Shown here: positions 13,270 to 31,539 of the stretch, piece by piece | Layout of the letters: each line of letters opens with the position of its first letter | Position numbering within the stretch: the first letter of the stretch is position 1 | From: Eledone cirrhosa | Lineage: Eukaryota | DNA: 64,000 nt | Assembly (NCBI GenBank): GCA_964016885.1 | Contig: OZ024743.1 | Span: 358,422,001-358,486,000, forward strand | Reading direction: 5' to 3' | Program-made: the position numbers and the translations under genes | Notes under the pieces: model-generated | The model's database searches: none | Seen by the model: the letters and a program-made list of their open reading frames with translations, nothing else | Told to the model about the DNA's origin: nothing

Positions 13270-14877
13270 CATATATATATACATCATCATCATCATTTTA
13301 CATCCGCTTTTCCCTGCTTGTAAGAGTGGGACAGGTCCTCTTCAGCACAGCATCTCTCCATTTGTCACGGTCCATCGTCATTTCCTCTTTGAGCTTCAGC
13401 AATCTGTGGTCAGCTCTCACCACCTCCACCCATGTTTTTCGTGGTCTTCTTCTACTGCGTTTTCCTTCCACCAGGATTTCTTGGCACTTCTTCACCCAAC
13501 GGTCATCTTCCATGCGCATCACATGGCCATACCAACACAGTCTTCTTTCCCGCACACAACAGTCTATCTCTCTTATACATAGTTTCACTCACAACTCGTC
13601 CATGCTTGGTCATTCACACATTGACATTGCACATCCATCGGAGCATGCTTTGCTTCATTTCTCTCCAGCCTTTGCATACCCTCCGCAGTTGCTGCCCATG
13701 TCTCACTACCATGCAGCATCGCACATCTCACACAGGCATCATACGACCGACCTTTCGTTCGTAGGGAGAAACCCTTCGTTGTCAACAGAGGAAGCAGCCC
13801 CCTAAACTTCTTTCATCCTGTCCTTATTCTAGATACCATGGCCTCGGAGCACCCGCCTCCCTTGCTAATCTGATCACGTAGATATCGGAAGCTATCAACC
13901 ACCTCTATAGATCCTACCTGCATTTGAAAAATGTGCCTATCATTGACACTTCTATAAATTTTCCCTGAACATTTACTACATATGAAGTTTTCCCTTCCTG
14001 TTAGTTTGCCTGCTATCTCATTACACCTCTTGTGTACCCAAAATCTGCATTGTGTACATTCTATAGAGTTTATGGCAACTCCTTTTCTACATATTGAGCA
14101 TGGCCATTTCCCTGATGGAATCAGAGTCTTGTCCTCTTTCCTACTTATCAACACTTTAGTCTTTGCTAGGTTCACTCTCAGTCATCTTGATTCCAACTGC
14201 TGTTTCCATAGCCAGAATTTATTCTCTAGCTCCTCTACTGATTATGCTATAAGTACCAGATCGTTAACATAGAGAAGTTCCCATGGGCAGCCAGTCTTAA
14301 ACTCCTCTCTTATGGCTTGGAGAACTATAATGAATATGAGTGGGCTGTGGACCAAACACTGATGAACTCCTATTTGCATCTGGAATTCCTCACAAAACTC
14401 CATTCCTACTCTCACTTTACTGACAGCTCCTCTGTACATAGCTTGCACTGTCCTCACAAGCCATTCCTCTACACCTAGTTTCCCCAGATGACAGATCGGG
14501 GTACTCTATCAAAGGCCTTCTCTAGATCAACAAAAGCTAAAGTGACTTATTCTTCTCTAAGAACCTCTCTTGTAGTTGTCTCACTAAGAAGAGAGCATAT
14601 GTTGTACTTTTTCCAAGCACAAAACCAAACTGCATCTCATCTAATTTGACTCTTTCTCTAATTAGTTGTGCTAAGACTCTTTCTGTCACTTTCATAACCT
14701 GATCCATCAGTTTTATGCCCTATAATGGCTCCTTTCCAGAGCATCCCCTTTACCTTTGTGGCAATTTACAAGAATACTGCTGCACCAGTCTTTGGGTATG
14801 ACTCTGCCATATATAACTTGATTGACTATGCGTGCAACCAGTTTAGTTCCTACTTCTCCTGATGCCTTCAGCATATC
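13270..14877 (-). pseudogene. Degenerate RTE LINE (related subfamily), frameshifted RT
   Basis: ORF pieces 14242-14457, 13813-14175, 13585-13785, 13298-13588 match the 21399 ORF; (CAT)n tail at the left end. Confidence 0.92.
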
Positions 14878-15753
14878 ATATATATCATCATCACTGTTTT
14901 ACGTCCGTTCTTCCACGCTAGCATGGATTAGACGGGTTGTCCTGTTGTGGGCAGTGGCTAGTCAGCTGACCTTGTCTTGCTCATACAGGAACTGATTCTG
15001 GCTTGATTTCTACAGCGGGATGCCCTTCCTAATACCAACCTCATTTACAGTGAGTGCTGGGTGCTTTTTTTTCCACGGCGCCTAGACGTCCACTTTACAG
15101 TGTGGGCTGGGTGCTTTTTTGCCGTGGGACCTCTACGACCACTTTGCCGTGGGACCTCTACGACCACTTTGCCGTGGGAGAGGGTAGGGCATATTGTCTA
15201 TATACTTCAGCTTCGGCTTGTTCCTGTGGGAAGTTGAGTCTTCTGTATTACTGCGTGACGCCAGAGGTCATGGTCGTGTGTCATCGCCATTGAGAGGTGC
15301 AATTGGGTAAGGTCGGCTTTTATCACCTATCCGTCTCCTCTACTTACAAAAACCTTAGTCTTTGTCAGATTGACTTTGAGATCCTTTCTTTCTAGTCCCT
15401 GCTTCCATGTTTGGAATATCTTCTCTAGTTCCACCATGGATTCAGCTATAAGTGTGAGATCATCCCCATATAGGAGTTCCCATGGGCATCCGGTCATATA
15501 TATATACACAATATATAGAGAAACACACAGATACATGCGGACACACACATATACATTAATATATCCACATCCATCCTTGAGTTAATGGTGCCTCGATATA
15601 AATACCCCCTCCGCCTCCGTGGTGTTTTTTTCAGGGTTATAAGAGGCTTAGCTTTGTTTCTTGACCGCTGTATCACGTGATTGACTCCCCCTCCGCCTTT
15701 TGGGATTCTATCTCGCATCTTACAGACGTGGTTTTGAAACCCTTAATGAGGTA

Positions 15754-15843
15754 TCCTCTTGATAAGTCGGCAGACCTCAGAAAAATTATATATCTCTGTG
15801 ATGTATTGTTTTTGATTATGCCACGAAACTACGTAGTCGAGGA
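15754..15843 (+). ncRNA. Type I hammerhead ribozyme motif, family C, with U3-A8 variant core
   Basis: tcctc-TTGATAA-gtcggca...tgccac-GAAA-ctacgtag-TC-gagga; perfect 5-bp stem I, palindromic stem III, GUC cleavage triplet. Confidence 0.65.
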
Positions 15844-15913
15844 ATTTAGAAGCAGTTTAGGTATGATACATCTTATTAATAATTATATCTAATGTTTCTT
15901 CTCTCTTCATAAT

Positions 15914-17715
<1,802 letters not shown>

Positions 17716-17733
<18 letters not shown>

Positions 17734-18045
17734 TCTAAGGCGGGTAAAATTCCCGAGATCCATGGACGAGTTCTCTCCAGTTGTCTCTGTCCCTCATTAT
17801 CGCTGCCATGTCCTGCGTCTCCAACAGACCAGTGTCTGTCCTTAGGGCATCAACATACGTTAACCTTGGTCTTCCTCTTCTAGTGTGTCCATGTAGGGGC
17901 TCCCAAAGGAGCACTGAGTGCAATGTCAACTCTGGATGTCGATGAGCATGTCCAACTAACCTCAGTTTCCTCTGTGTCACTTTTGAGCTGACTTTTGGGA
18001 TGCTCCCATACAGCTCTGAGTTTTTCATCCTCAGTGTATACTGCT
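17716..18045 (-). mobile_element. RTE LINE 3' fragment, third family, between (TA)n arrays
   Basis: [14 protein letters not shown]...[18 protein letters not shown]-terminal RTE motif. Confidence 0.8.
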
Positions 18046-18067
18046 TAATGTATGTATACATTAATCA

Positions 18068-18121
18068 GTATACATATATATATATATACATATATACATA
18101 TATATATATATACATATATAC

Positions 18122-18152
<31 letters not shown>

Positions 18153-18510
18153 CATATATATACATATATATATACATATATATACATATATATATACATA
18201 TATATATACATATATATACATATATATATACATATATATACATATATATACATATATATATACATATATATACATATATATACATATATACATATATATA
18301 CATATATATATATCATCATCATCATCATCATCATATATACATATATATACATATATATATATATACATATATATACATATATATATACATATATATATAT
18401 ACATATATATATATACATATATATATATATACATATATATATATACATATATATACATATATATATACATATATATATACATATATATATATATACATAT
18501 ATATATATAC

Positions 18511-18541
<31 letters not shown>

Positions 18542-18972
18542 CATATATATACATATATATATATATACATATATATACATATATATATATACATATATAT
18601 ATATACATATATATATATACATATATATACATATATATATATACATATATATATATACATATATATATATACATATATATATACATATATATATATACAT
18701 ACATATATACATACATATATACATATATATATATATACATATATATATACATATATATACATATATATATATACATATATATATACATATATATACATAT
18801 ATATATACATATATATACATATATATATATACATATATATATATATACATATATATATACATATATATATACATATATATATATACATATATATATATAC
18901 ATATATATATATACATATATATATATACATATATATATATACATATATATATATATACATATATATATATAC

Positions 18973-19003
<31 letters not shown>

Positions 19004-19060
19004 CATATATATGTACATATATATACATACATATATATATATATATACATATATATATAC

Positions 19061-19113
<53 letters not shown>

Positions 19114-19198
19114 CATATATATATACATATATATATATACATATACATATATATATACATATATATATACATATATATATATATACATATATATATAC

Positions 19199-19231
<33 letters not shown>

Positions 19232-19320
19232 CATATATATATACATATATATATACATATATATATACATATATATATACATATATATATACATATATAT
19301 ATATACATATATATATATAC

Positions 19321-19389
<69 letters not shown>

Positions 19390-19454
19390 CATATATATAT
19401 ACATATATATATACATATATATATATACATATATATATACATATATATATATAC

Positions 19455-19488
<34 letters not shown>
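18068..19488. repeat. Interrupted (TA)n array ~1.4 kb
   Basis: Seen directly. Confidence 0.98.
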
Positions 19489-20268
19489 GAATTGCAGAAA
19501 CCCAAGAAGCTAGATTTACCATCTTTCTAGTGGGTTCGGGTAAGCTTTTTACATTCATATGATTTATTGATTTATTGATATTTTATCTGAGTGACCCGAA
19601 TCTTCCTGGTCGTAATTTTTCGGCCGCATGGGTGATTTTAGACATAATCTTTGTGTGTTGGTATTTTAACGATAGTTATAGCTCTGATTTATCTGAATTA
19701 TTGAGCCCTCTGCCACTCATGTCGGATTTGTTTATCGTAAACTCGTGAGCCGATTTTCCGATACTCGATTATTCTACTATATTTAGCTCTAGACTTAGCT
19801 ATTGACGAGTTAATTTTATTGTTCATTTTTTGTCGATTCTATTAAATGATGAATAGCTCCTGTTTATTTTAACATGTCTATTGAGCACTCTTATTCGATA
19901 TGTGATTTCTCACATTACCGAAAATCTTTCGCGGATATAGAGGTTATCTCCCTTGCTGGACACCATGTGCGTCTCAGCTAGGGTTGGCTTTTTTATTCGT
20001 TTGGACAAGACCCATTGATAAAGTGTTCCGGTCCGTCCGCTCTCTAGAAGTCTTATATATTTTTATGTGGGCTGATAGGGGGCGGATTAAGGAATTGCAG
20101 AAACCCAAGAAGCTAGATTTACCATCTTTCTAGTGGGTCCGGGTAAGCTTTTTACATTCATATGATTTATTGATTTATTGATATTTTATGTGAGTGACCC
20201 GAATCTTCCTGGTCGTAATTTTTCGGCCGCATGGGTGATTTTAGACATAATCTTTGTGTGTTGGTATT
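19489..20268. repeat. ~177-bp direct repeats (19489-19666, 20092-20268) bracketing a ~425-bp spacer, embedded between (TA)n arrays
   Basis: Near-identical gaattgcagaaacccaagaagc...gtgttggtattt copies. Confidence 0.9.
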
Positions 20269-20396
20269 TGCGAAAACCAACCAAACAGTGAGTGTGTTCT
20301 GTTATTAATTCTGGCAATATTACGCAAATATGACCCCTCCCCAAATATAACAATATCTGTTTCGCACACGATTTCATATAAAAAAACCTCGCAAAA

Positions 20397-21344
<948 letters not shown>

Positions 21345-21345
<1 letters not shown>

Positions 21346-23552
21346 ACAAATGGGAGAAAGACAGTCTCCCCCAGATCGATCCAATAGAGGGACCAGCAGT
21401 GTTAGTTGAAGGTAGTATAATAAGTAAGGCAATCAAAGATATGAAGACGGGTAAGGCGGCTGGGCCTTCGGAAATAGTTGCTGAGATGCTGAAGGCATCT
21501 GGTTCGGTGGGACACACCATGGTCACCCGGATAGTTAACCAAGTCGTACAGAATGGGGTTGTTCCGAAGGAATGGCGTAGCAGCATCATCGTTAACTGCT
21601 ATAAGGGAAAAGGAGATGCCCTAGATAGGAGTAACTATAGAGGCATTAAATTAATCGACCAGGTCATGAAGGTCACGGAAAAAGTAATAGCGCAACTAAT
21701 CAGAGAGAGAATTGATCTAGATGAAATGCAGTTCGGGTTTGTGTCAGGCAAAAGTACCACAGACGCTCTTTTCATTGTACGACAACTACAGGAGAAGTAC
21801 CTAGCTAAAAGTAAACCCCTATACTTAGCTTTTGTCGACTTGGAGAAAGCCTTCGACAGAGTCCCCCGTTCCATTATCTGGTGGTCTCTTAGAAAACTAG
21901 GTGTTGACGAATGGCTTGTGAGAGCTATACAAGCCATGTATAAAGAAACAGTCAGTAAGGTTAGAATTAACAACGAATATAGTGAAGAGTTTAGCGTAAA
22001 AGTTGGTGTCCATCAGGGCTCTGTACTTAGCCCCCTACTATTTATTATTGCCCTTCAGGCTATAACAGAGGAGTTCAAGACCGGCTGCCCATGGGAACTC
22101 CTATACGCAGATGATCTAACGCTCATAGCTGAATCAATGACCGAACTAGAGAAGAAATTCCAAACGTGGAAGCACGGCCTAGAATCAAAAGGCCTTAAAA
22201 TTAACCTGGCTAAGACTAAAGTTCTAGTTTGTAGGAAAGAAAATAAGGCGGCGGTCCCATCGGGGAAATGGCCATGCTCAGTGTGTAGGAAAGGCGTAGG
22301 TAGAAACTCCATTTTATGTCCCAAATGCAAAGTATGGGTGCATAAAAGATGTAGTGGGATCACAGGTAAGCTAACTAAGAACATAGATTTTACATGTGGC
22401 CGGTGCTCTGGTGCAATAAGTAGCAGCAAGTGCCCACAAAATACTAGCTCCTTCAACTGCGCAGAGGGTTCTATAGAAATAGTGGACAGCTTCCGTTATC
22501 TGGGTGACAAAATCAGCAGTGGGGGAGGGTGCTCTGAAAGTACAGTAGCTAGAGTCAGAACTGGATGGAAAAAGTTCAGAGAGCTTATACCACTATTAGC
22601 CGCTAGAGGGTTCTCCCTAAAAATGAAAGGCAGGTTATACGATGCCTGCATACGAACAGCAATGCTGCATGGCAGTGAGACCTGGGCATTGTGTGCAGAG
22701 GATATACGCAGACTAGAGAGGAACGAAGCTTGCATGCTCCGCTGGATGTGCAATAGTAATATACGTGAACGGCAAAGCATAAACGAACTAAGGAAAAAAT
22801 TAGAAATAAGAGGGATCAGATGTTGTTTACTCGAGAGAAGGCTACGTTGGTACGGTCACGTGATGCGCATGAAAGACGACAGCTGTATAACAAAGTGCAG
22901 GGCAATAAAGATAGACGGTAGCCACGGAGTAGGCAGACCCAGAAAAACATGGGACGAGCTGATAAATTCCGACCTCACACGCTTACACCTCTCCAAGACA
23001 ATGTCACTGGACCGAGACCTTTGGCGGTACTCAGTAATAGAGAAGACCCGCCTTACCTAAATACAAAGTAAAAACCTACTACAGTCAGTAGGCACCTCTA
23101 TCAAAACACACCCCCGTCCCTCCACACCGCCCCTTTCAATGTAAAGTTATGTTGGTCCCACAACATCCAGGCCGAAACAAATGAGATCGTGTAGGTGTCA
23201 CGACAAAAAACACACAGTCCACGCTGTAAATGTGGCCGTGTAGGCAACACGGTAAAAACCTCCCAGCCCCACACTGTAAATGTGGTTGGTGTTAGGAAGG
23301 GCATCCAGCTGTAGAAAACCCGCCAGACAGTCCACGCTGTAATGTGGCCGTGTAGGCAACACGGTAAAAACCTCCCAGCCCCACACTGTAAATGTGGTTG
23401 GTGTTAGGAAGGGCATCCAACTGTAGAAAACCCGCCAGACAGTCCTATGCGAGCAAGACAACCACTCTTGCCTCAAGTGGGAAAACCCCCGTCCAAATCC
23501 ATGCAAGCGTGGAACACGGACGCTAAACCTGATGATGATGATGATGATGATG

Positions 23553-23553
<1 letters not shown>
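21345..23553 (+). mobile_element. RTE-clade LINE, 5'-truncated, young; 3' UTR ends in (GAT)n
   Basis: Uninterrupted RT ORF; 3' stem-loop region and GAT tail; embedded in (TA)n. Confidence 0.95.
21399..23060 (+). CDS. RTE LINE reverse transcriptase (partial ORF, 553 aa) with inserted PHD-like Cys/His finger
   Basis: Motifs [56 protein letters not shown]. Confidence 0.92.
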   Translation: MLVEGSIISKAIKDMKTGKAAGPSEIVAEMLKASGSVGHTMVTRIVNQVVQNGVVPKEWRSSIIVNCYKGKGDALDRSNYRGIKLIDQVMKVTEKVIAQLIRERIDLDEMQFGFVSGKSTTDALFIVRQLQEKYLAKSKPLYLAFVDLEKAFDRVPRSIIWWSLRKLGVDEWLVRAIQAMYKETVSKVRINNEYSEEFSVKVGVHQGSVLSPLLFIIALQAITEEFKTGCPWELLYADDLTLIAESMTELEKKFQTWKHGLESKGLKINLAKTKVLVCRKENKAAVPSGKWPCSVCRKGVGRNSILCPKCKVWVHKRCSGITGKLTKNIDFTCGRCSGAISSSKCPQNTSSFNCAEGSIEIVDSFRYLGDKISSGGGCSESTVARVRTGWKKFRELIPLLAARGFSLKMKGRLYDACIRTAMLHGSETWALCAEDIRRLERNEACMLRWMCNSNIRERQSINELRKKLEIRGIRCCLLERRLRWYGHVMRMKDDSCITKCRAIKIDGSHGVGRPRKTWDELINSDLTRLHLSKTMSLDRDLWRYSVIEKTRLT

Positions 23554-23617
<64 letters not shown>

Positions 23618-23684
23618 CATACATATATATATATATATACATACATATATATACATATATATATATATACATATATATATATAC

Positions 23685-23719
<35 letters not shown>

Positions 23720-23723
<4 letters not shown>

Positions 23724-24647
23724 CGATGCCTGCATACGAACAGCAATGCTGCATGGCAGTGAGACCTGGGCATTGTGTGCAGAGGATATACGCAGACTAG
23801 AGAGGAACGAAACTTGCATGCTCCGCTGGATGTGCAATAGTAATATACGTGAACGGCAAAGCATAAACGAACTAAGGAAAAAATTAGAAATAAGAGGGAT
23901 CAGATGTTGTTTACTCGAGAGAAGGCTACGTTGGTACGGTCACGTGATGCGCATGAAAGACGACAGCTGTATAACAAAGTGCAGGGCAATAAAGATAGAC
24001 GGTAGCCACGGAGTAGGCAGACCCAGAAAAACATGGGACGAGCTGATAAATTCCGACCTCACACGCTTACACCTCTCCAAGACAATGTCACTGGACCGAG
24101 ACCTTTGGCGGTACTCAGTAATAGAGAAGACCCGCCTTACCTAAATACAAAGTAAAAACCTACTACAGTCAGTAGGCACCTCTATCAAAACACACCCCCG
24201 TCCCACCACCTCCACCCCACCCACACCGCCCCTTTCAATGTAAAGTTATGTTGGTCCCACAACATCCAGGCCGAAACAAATGAGATCGTGTAGGTGTCAC
24301 GACAAAAAACACACAGTCCACGCTGTAAATGTGGCCGTGTAGGCAACACGGTAAAAACCTCCCAGCCCCACACTGTAAATGTGGTTGGTGTTAGGAAGGG
24401 CATCCAGCTGTAGAAAACCCGCCAGACAGTCCACGCTGTAATGTGGCCGTGTAGGCAACACGGTAAAAACCTCCCAGCCCCACACTGTAAATGTGGTTGG
24501 TGTTAGGAAGGGCATCCAACTGTAGAAAACCCGCCAGACAGTCCTATGCGAGCAAGACAACCACTCTTGCCTCAAGTGGGAAAACCCCCATCCAAACCCA
24601 TGCAAGCGTGGAACACGGACGCTAAACCTGATGATGATGATGATGAT

Positions 24648-24649
<2 letters not shown>
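23720..24649 (+). mobile_element. Tandem duplicate of the RTE 3' end (22636-23553)
   Basis: Near-identical copy, offset 1084 bp, starting at TATAC. Confidence 0.93.
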
Positions 24650-27272
<2,623 letters not shown>

Positions 27273-27650
27273 TCATCATCATCATCATCACCGTTTTACG
27301 TCCGTTCTTCCACGCTAGCATGGGTTAGACGGGTTGTCCTGTTGTGGGCAGTGTCTGGTCGGCTGACCATGCCTTGCTCATACAGGAACTGATCTGGCTT
27401 GATTTCTACAGCTGGATGCCCTTCCTAACACCAACCTCATTTACAGTGAGTGCTGGGTGCTTTTTCGTGGCGCCTACACGTCCACTTTACAGTGTGGGCT
27501 GGGTGCTTTTTTGCCGTGGCACCTCCACGGCCACCTTGCGGTGGGGGGGGGGGGGGGGGCATATTGTTTATATGCTTCAGCATGTACCCATGGGAGGTCG
27601 GGTACCCTGTATTACTGCGTGACGCCAGAAGTCACGGTCGTGTGTCATCG

Positions 27651-27716
<66 letters not shown>

Positions 27717-27721
27717 TATAC

Positions 27722-27764
<43 letters not shown>

Positions 27765-27804
27765 ATGAAATATAAGAATCAAAGAACTGATCAAAACATT
27801 TTTA

Positions 27805-27851
27805 TGCTTACAACTGTTTCCTCCAAACCAAGGTTTGGATTCTTCGGAGCA
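27805..27851 (-). ncRNA. Minimal hammerhead motif, family E (U4C core change)
   Basis: tgct-CCGAAGA-a-tccaaaccttggtttgga-g-GAAA-cagttg-TA-agca. Confidence 0.55.
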
Positions 27852-28265
27852 ATTTATTAATGAATGAACACCTATATGACTTCCTTTTCACCCAAGAGAC
27901 ATACAGATACATATGCAAATATTGTGGGTCAACATTCATTACAGCATTTAGAGTGGCAGTACACACTTAGAGATTACATTCATGTTAAAAGATACAATCA
28001 AAAATACAGGTTAAAATACAACATGAACATAAGCGGTTATATAGTGCAAAGGTTATATGTGTGGCAAGCACGTGCGTCTTGTTTATATAGTGTGGCAGAG
28101 AGTTACGTGTAATAGAAGCACTTAAGTAGGTAAACAAGAGTGTTAGGTTGGTTGATCTGGTGGCAAATTCTTTATATATATCATCATCATCATCGTTTAA
28201 CGTCCATTTTTCCATGCTTCCATGGGTCAGACAAGACTGAAACCAGATGATGATGATGATGATAC

Positions 28266-28305
<40 letters not shown>

Positions 28306-28306
28306 G

Positions 28307-28351
<45 letters not shown>

Positions 28352-28404
28352 ATATATATATATCTGTATATATATATATCTGTATATATATATATATATG
28401 TGTA

Positions 28405-28748
28405 TCATCATCATCATCATTTCATTTTACGTCTACTTTTCCCTGCTTGCAAGGGTGGGACGGGAACTGATTCTGGCTTGATTTCTACAGCTGGATGCCC
28501 TTCCTAACACCAACCTCATTTACAGTGAGTGCTGGGTGCTTTTTTGCCGTGGCACCTCCACGACCACTTTGCAGTGGAATGATAGGGACTCAAGTCCATA
28601 TCATCTCATTTCTACAGCTGAGTAAACTGGAGCAATGTGAAATAAAGTGTCTTGCTCAAGGAAACAACACATCACCCGGTCTGAGAATTGAACTCACAAC
28701 CTTTCGATTGCAAGGCCAATGCTCTAACCACTAAGCCATGTGCCTCCA
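28405..28748 (-). mobile_element. CORE-type tRNA SINE (family 2) with RTE tail, inverted relative to 12840
   Basis: Highly similar reverse complement of 12840-13229. Confidence 0.85.
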
Positions 28749-28749
28749 C

Positions 28750-28807
<58 letters not shown>

Positions 28808-28816
28808 GTATATATG

Positions 28817-28887
<71 letters not shown>

Positions 28888-29022
28888 GTATATATATGTA
28901 TATATATATATGTATATATATGTATATATATATATGTATATATATGTATATATATATATATGTATATATGTATATATATGTATATATATATATGTATATA
29001 TATGTATATATATATATGTATA

Positions 29023-29060
<38 letters not shown>

Positions 29061-29189
29061 TATATATATGTATATATATGTATATATATATGTATATATA
29101 TATATGTATATATATGTATATATATATATATATGTATGTATATATACCTCTACCGATACTGCCAATCCACCGCCCTTTGAGTATAGATA

Positions 29190-29512
29190 TGTAGTAAGAC
29201 GCCTTACGCCCCCCTGTCGGATAATGGACCAGGCCTAGTTGTCTCCCTCTGGTTGAGAACACTATTTAAGTAGGCAGCAGTATTACTTTCTCAGACAAGC
29301 CACGGAGACAGCAAACAGCAAATAGCAGACGGCCTTTGTACCACGAAACAGCAGACAGCCTTTGGACCACGAGATCACACAGATGTCAATACACTGAACT
29401 CCTATGCCGAAGCCACAAGGATAGTGTTGGCCGAGCACTGGCTCATAACTGATTTCACTTTACTGGTCCCGTCACATTGGTGACCCAGACGTGGGCGTTA
29501 CATTGGTGACCC
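29190..29512 (+). mobile_element. LTR (TGT...ACA) followed by a duplicated tRNA-Trp-type primer binding site
   Basis: TATTTAAG and AATACA signals; end gtcaca at 29476 then tTGGTGACCCAGACGTG; second cgttaca-tTGGTGACCC. Confidence 0.7.
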
Positions 29513-30124
29513 ACGGCAATTGTAATACGTTGCCTTCATTTCAACTGATCACGTCTATATTGGTATGTTGTTTCATTTGTAATATAACAAACACATAATA
29601 AACAAAATAAACATCATCCTTATTTACATTGTTGAATAGAACTCTCGTTGTGGTTATTATCTTGTCTACACACACACCCACTCACTTGTTATAATTCTAT
29701 GGAGTACCTATCCTCTCACTTACGAAAATGGTAAATAGACGAGGGACTTTCCCTCACATCTATATTGATAAACTATCCAACAAGGATTCTTCATTACCAC
29801 AGATATAATAATGAAGTAAAAATCAGTAGGTTAGAGTTTACCTCATTTATTTGTTACACAATCACTATTCTACATATTTTGATTGTAACTGTTACATAAC
29901 AGTTACGACTTCAAACAGCTATTACATGAACAGAAAGTTATATGAATAAAAATAAGATGACATGAAGAAAAATAAAGATAAAAATTACTCCTGCAGGTTC
30001 CATTCATGATGCTGCGGGCTGATTATTGATATTGCTCCCTTAAATCCCTGAAATTGTAACATTTACCATCAAAATATGTAACAAATAAATGATGAAGTAA
30101 ATTCTAACCTATTGACTTCTACTT

Positions 30125-31070
30125 CATTATATCTCCTCCTTCTTCTTCTTCTTCGCCCACTTATTCCTGAGAGGGTTGTGGGGGCAGAGTCCTCAAACAC
30201 TCTTTCCAGCAAGTCCTTTCAGAAGCAACTGTCTCCAACTGATCCAGCTGAAACCCGAGATGAGACCAGCCAAGCTCATGTATGTTATCCAACCATCTTG
30301 CTTGGGGTCTACCCAAAGGTCTCCTGTCCAGTAATTCTTTCCTGTGACATTTTAACCACATGTCCATAATATTGAGCTGTGATCTTTCAATTCAGAAAAG
30401 TAACAGCTCTACCTGGAGTGACTCTCTAATCTCCAAGCTACGCATTCTATCAAGTAACGTTACTCCAGAGACCCTTCAGAGGAACCCCATTTTGGCTGCT
30501 TGTATTTGTGATTGTATTCTTTCGGTCATTACCCAAGATTCATGACCAGAGGTAAGGGTTAGCACAACTACCAAATTGAAGATAACGACTTTGGCTTTTA
30601 CACCTACCTCCCTTCTGATTACTGCATGCTGAAGCTGATACATTACTGCACCAGCTCCTGCAATTCTTGCACTTAATTCAGCCTCATGAACTCAGCCCTG
30701 AGATACTTGAATTTCTCTACCTGCTTCAGTGGAACTCCATTCACATGTAGAGTGCACTGCGTAAGCTTCCTTGAGAGGAAGAGCATCTCAATTTTCGCAG
30801 CACTGATTTTTGTTACAGCCATGCAGCTCTCAGCATTAAGCCTATCAAGTGGAAGCTGGAGATCACCTTCTGTCAAGTTAAGTACTACCATGTTGTCTAC
30901 AAATTCCAGCTGACTGATTTTACAGTCATGATACCACTTCCAACCCAGCTGCACATGTCAATTCTGTTAATGAAATAATGAACAGACAAGGTGACAGTAT
31001 GCACCCTTGACAGATCTGACTCCTACATTAAATGGTTTCAATTTAGCATCATTTATCTGAACTCTGTTTA
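30125..31070 (-). pseudogene. RTE LINE relic, second family with (GAA)n tail
   Basis: GVRSVKGAY/LEFVDN, LKQVEKFKYL and RPLGRPQARWLD-like pieces; the same 3' end recurs at ~7530-7710 and ~10820-11005 (+). Confidence 0.8.
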
Positions 31071-31291
31071 TATATTTGGACCATGTCTCCTGTATGAAGA
31101 TAACCCATAAGTCATGTATTCATTCTTTCTTCTCCCTCAACAGTCATGGAGACTCTGAAAATCTTTAAGAACATGGCTTCTCTTCTTCTGACTAAGCCAT
31201 GACTATAAAAATGTAAACACTGGCACCCATTTCACAACCACCATAAAGAAAGAAGTTATCATCTGCAGTAATTTTTTTTTTTTTTACTTAC

Positions 31292-31442
31292 CTATAGCAA
31301 CGGCTTACAAACACCTCATCTGTAAATCCCATGCCACCCCAGTACTGCAAACACGAGTCAGTTAACTCTCGAGCAAGACGACCTCCTTTTAGTTTACACA
31401 TGGAAGCATATTTGGTAACGTCATTCCCAGCTACATACAAAC
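31292..31442 (-). CDS. Acyl-CoA dehydrogenase exon 8
   Basis: tag|GLYVAGNDVTKYASMCKLKGGRLARELTDSCLQYWGGMGFTDEVFVSRCY(R)|gtaag; ACAD C-terminal signature QxxGGxG; 151 nt. Confidence 0.96.
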
Positions 31443-31539
31443 CTAAAAGACAAAGAAAGAAACATTCAAATAGACAAAGTAGACTAAACAGATTGTGAAA
31501 TATATTATACAAAAAGAAATTAACCCAGGTTTGGTGATA

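Noticed and set aside
21635-22780. Minus-strand ORFs overlapping the RTE RT
   Set aside because: Antisense shadows of the RT ORF.
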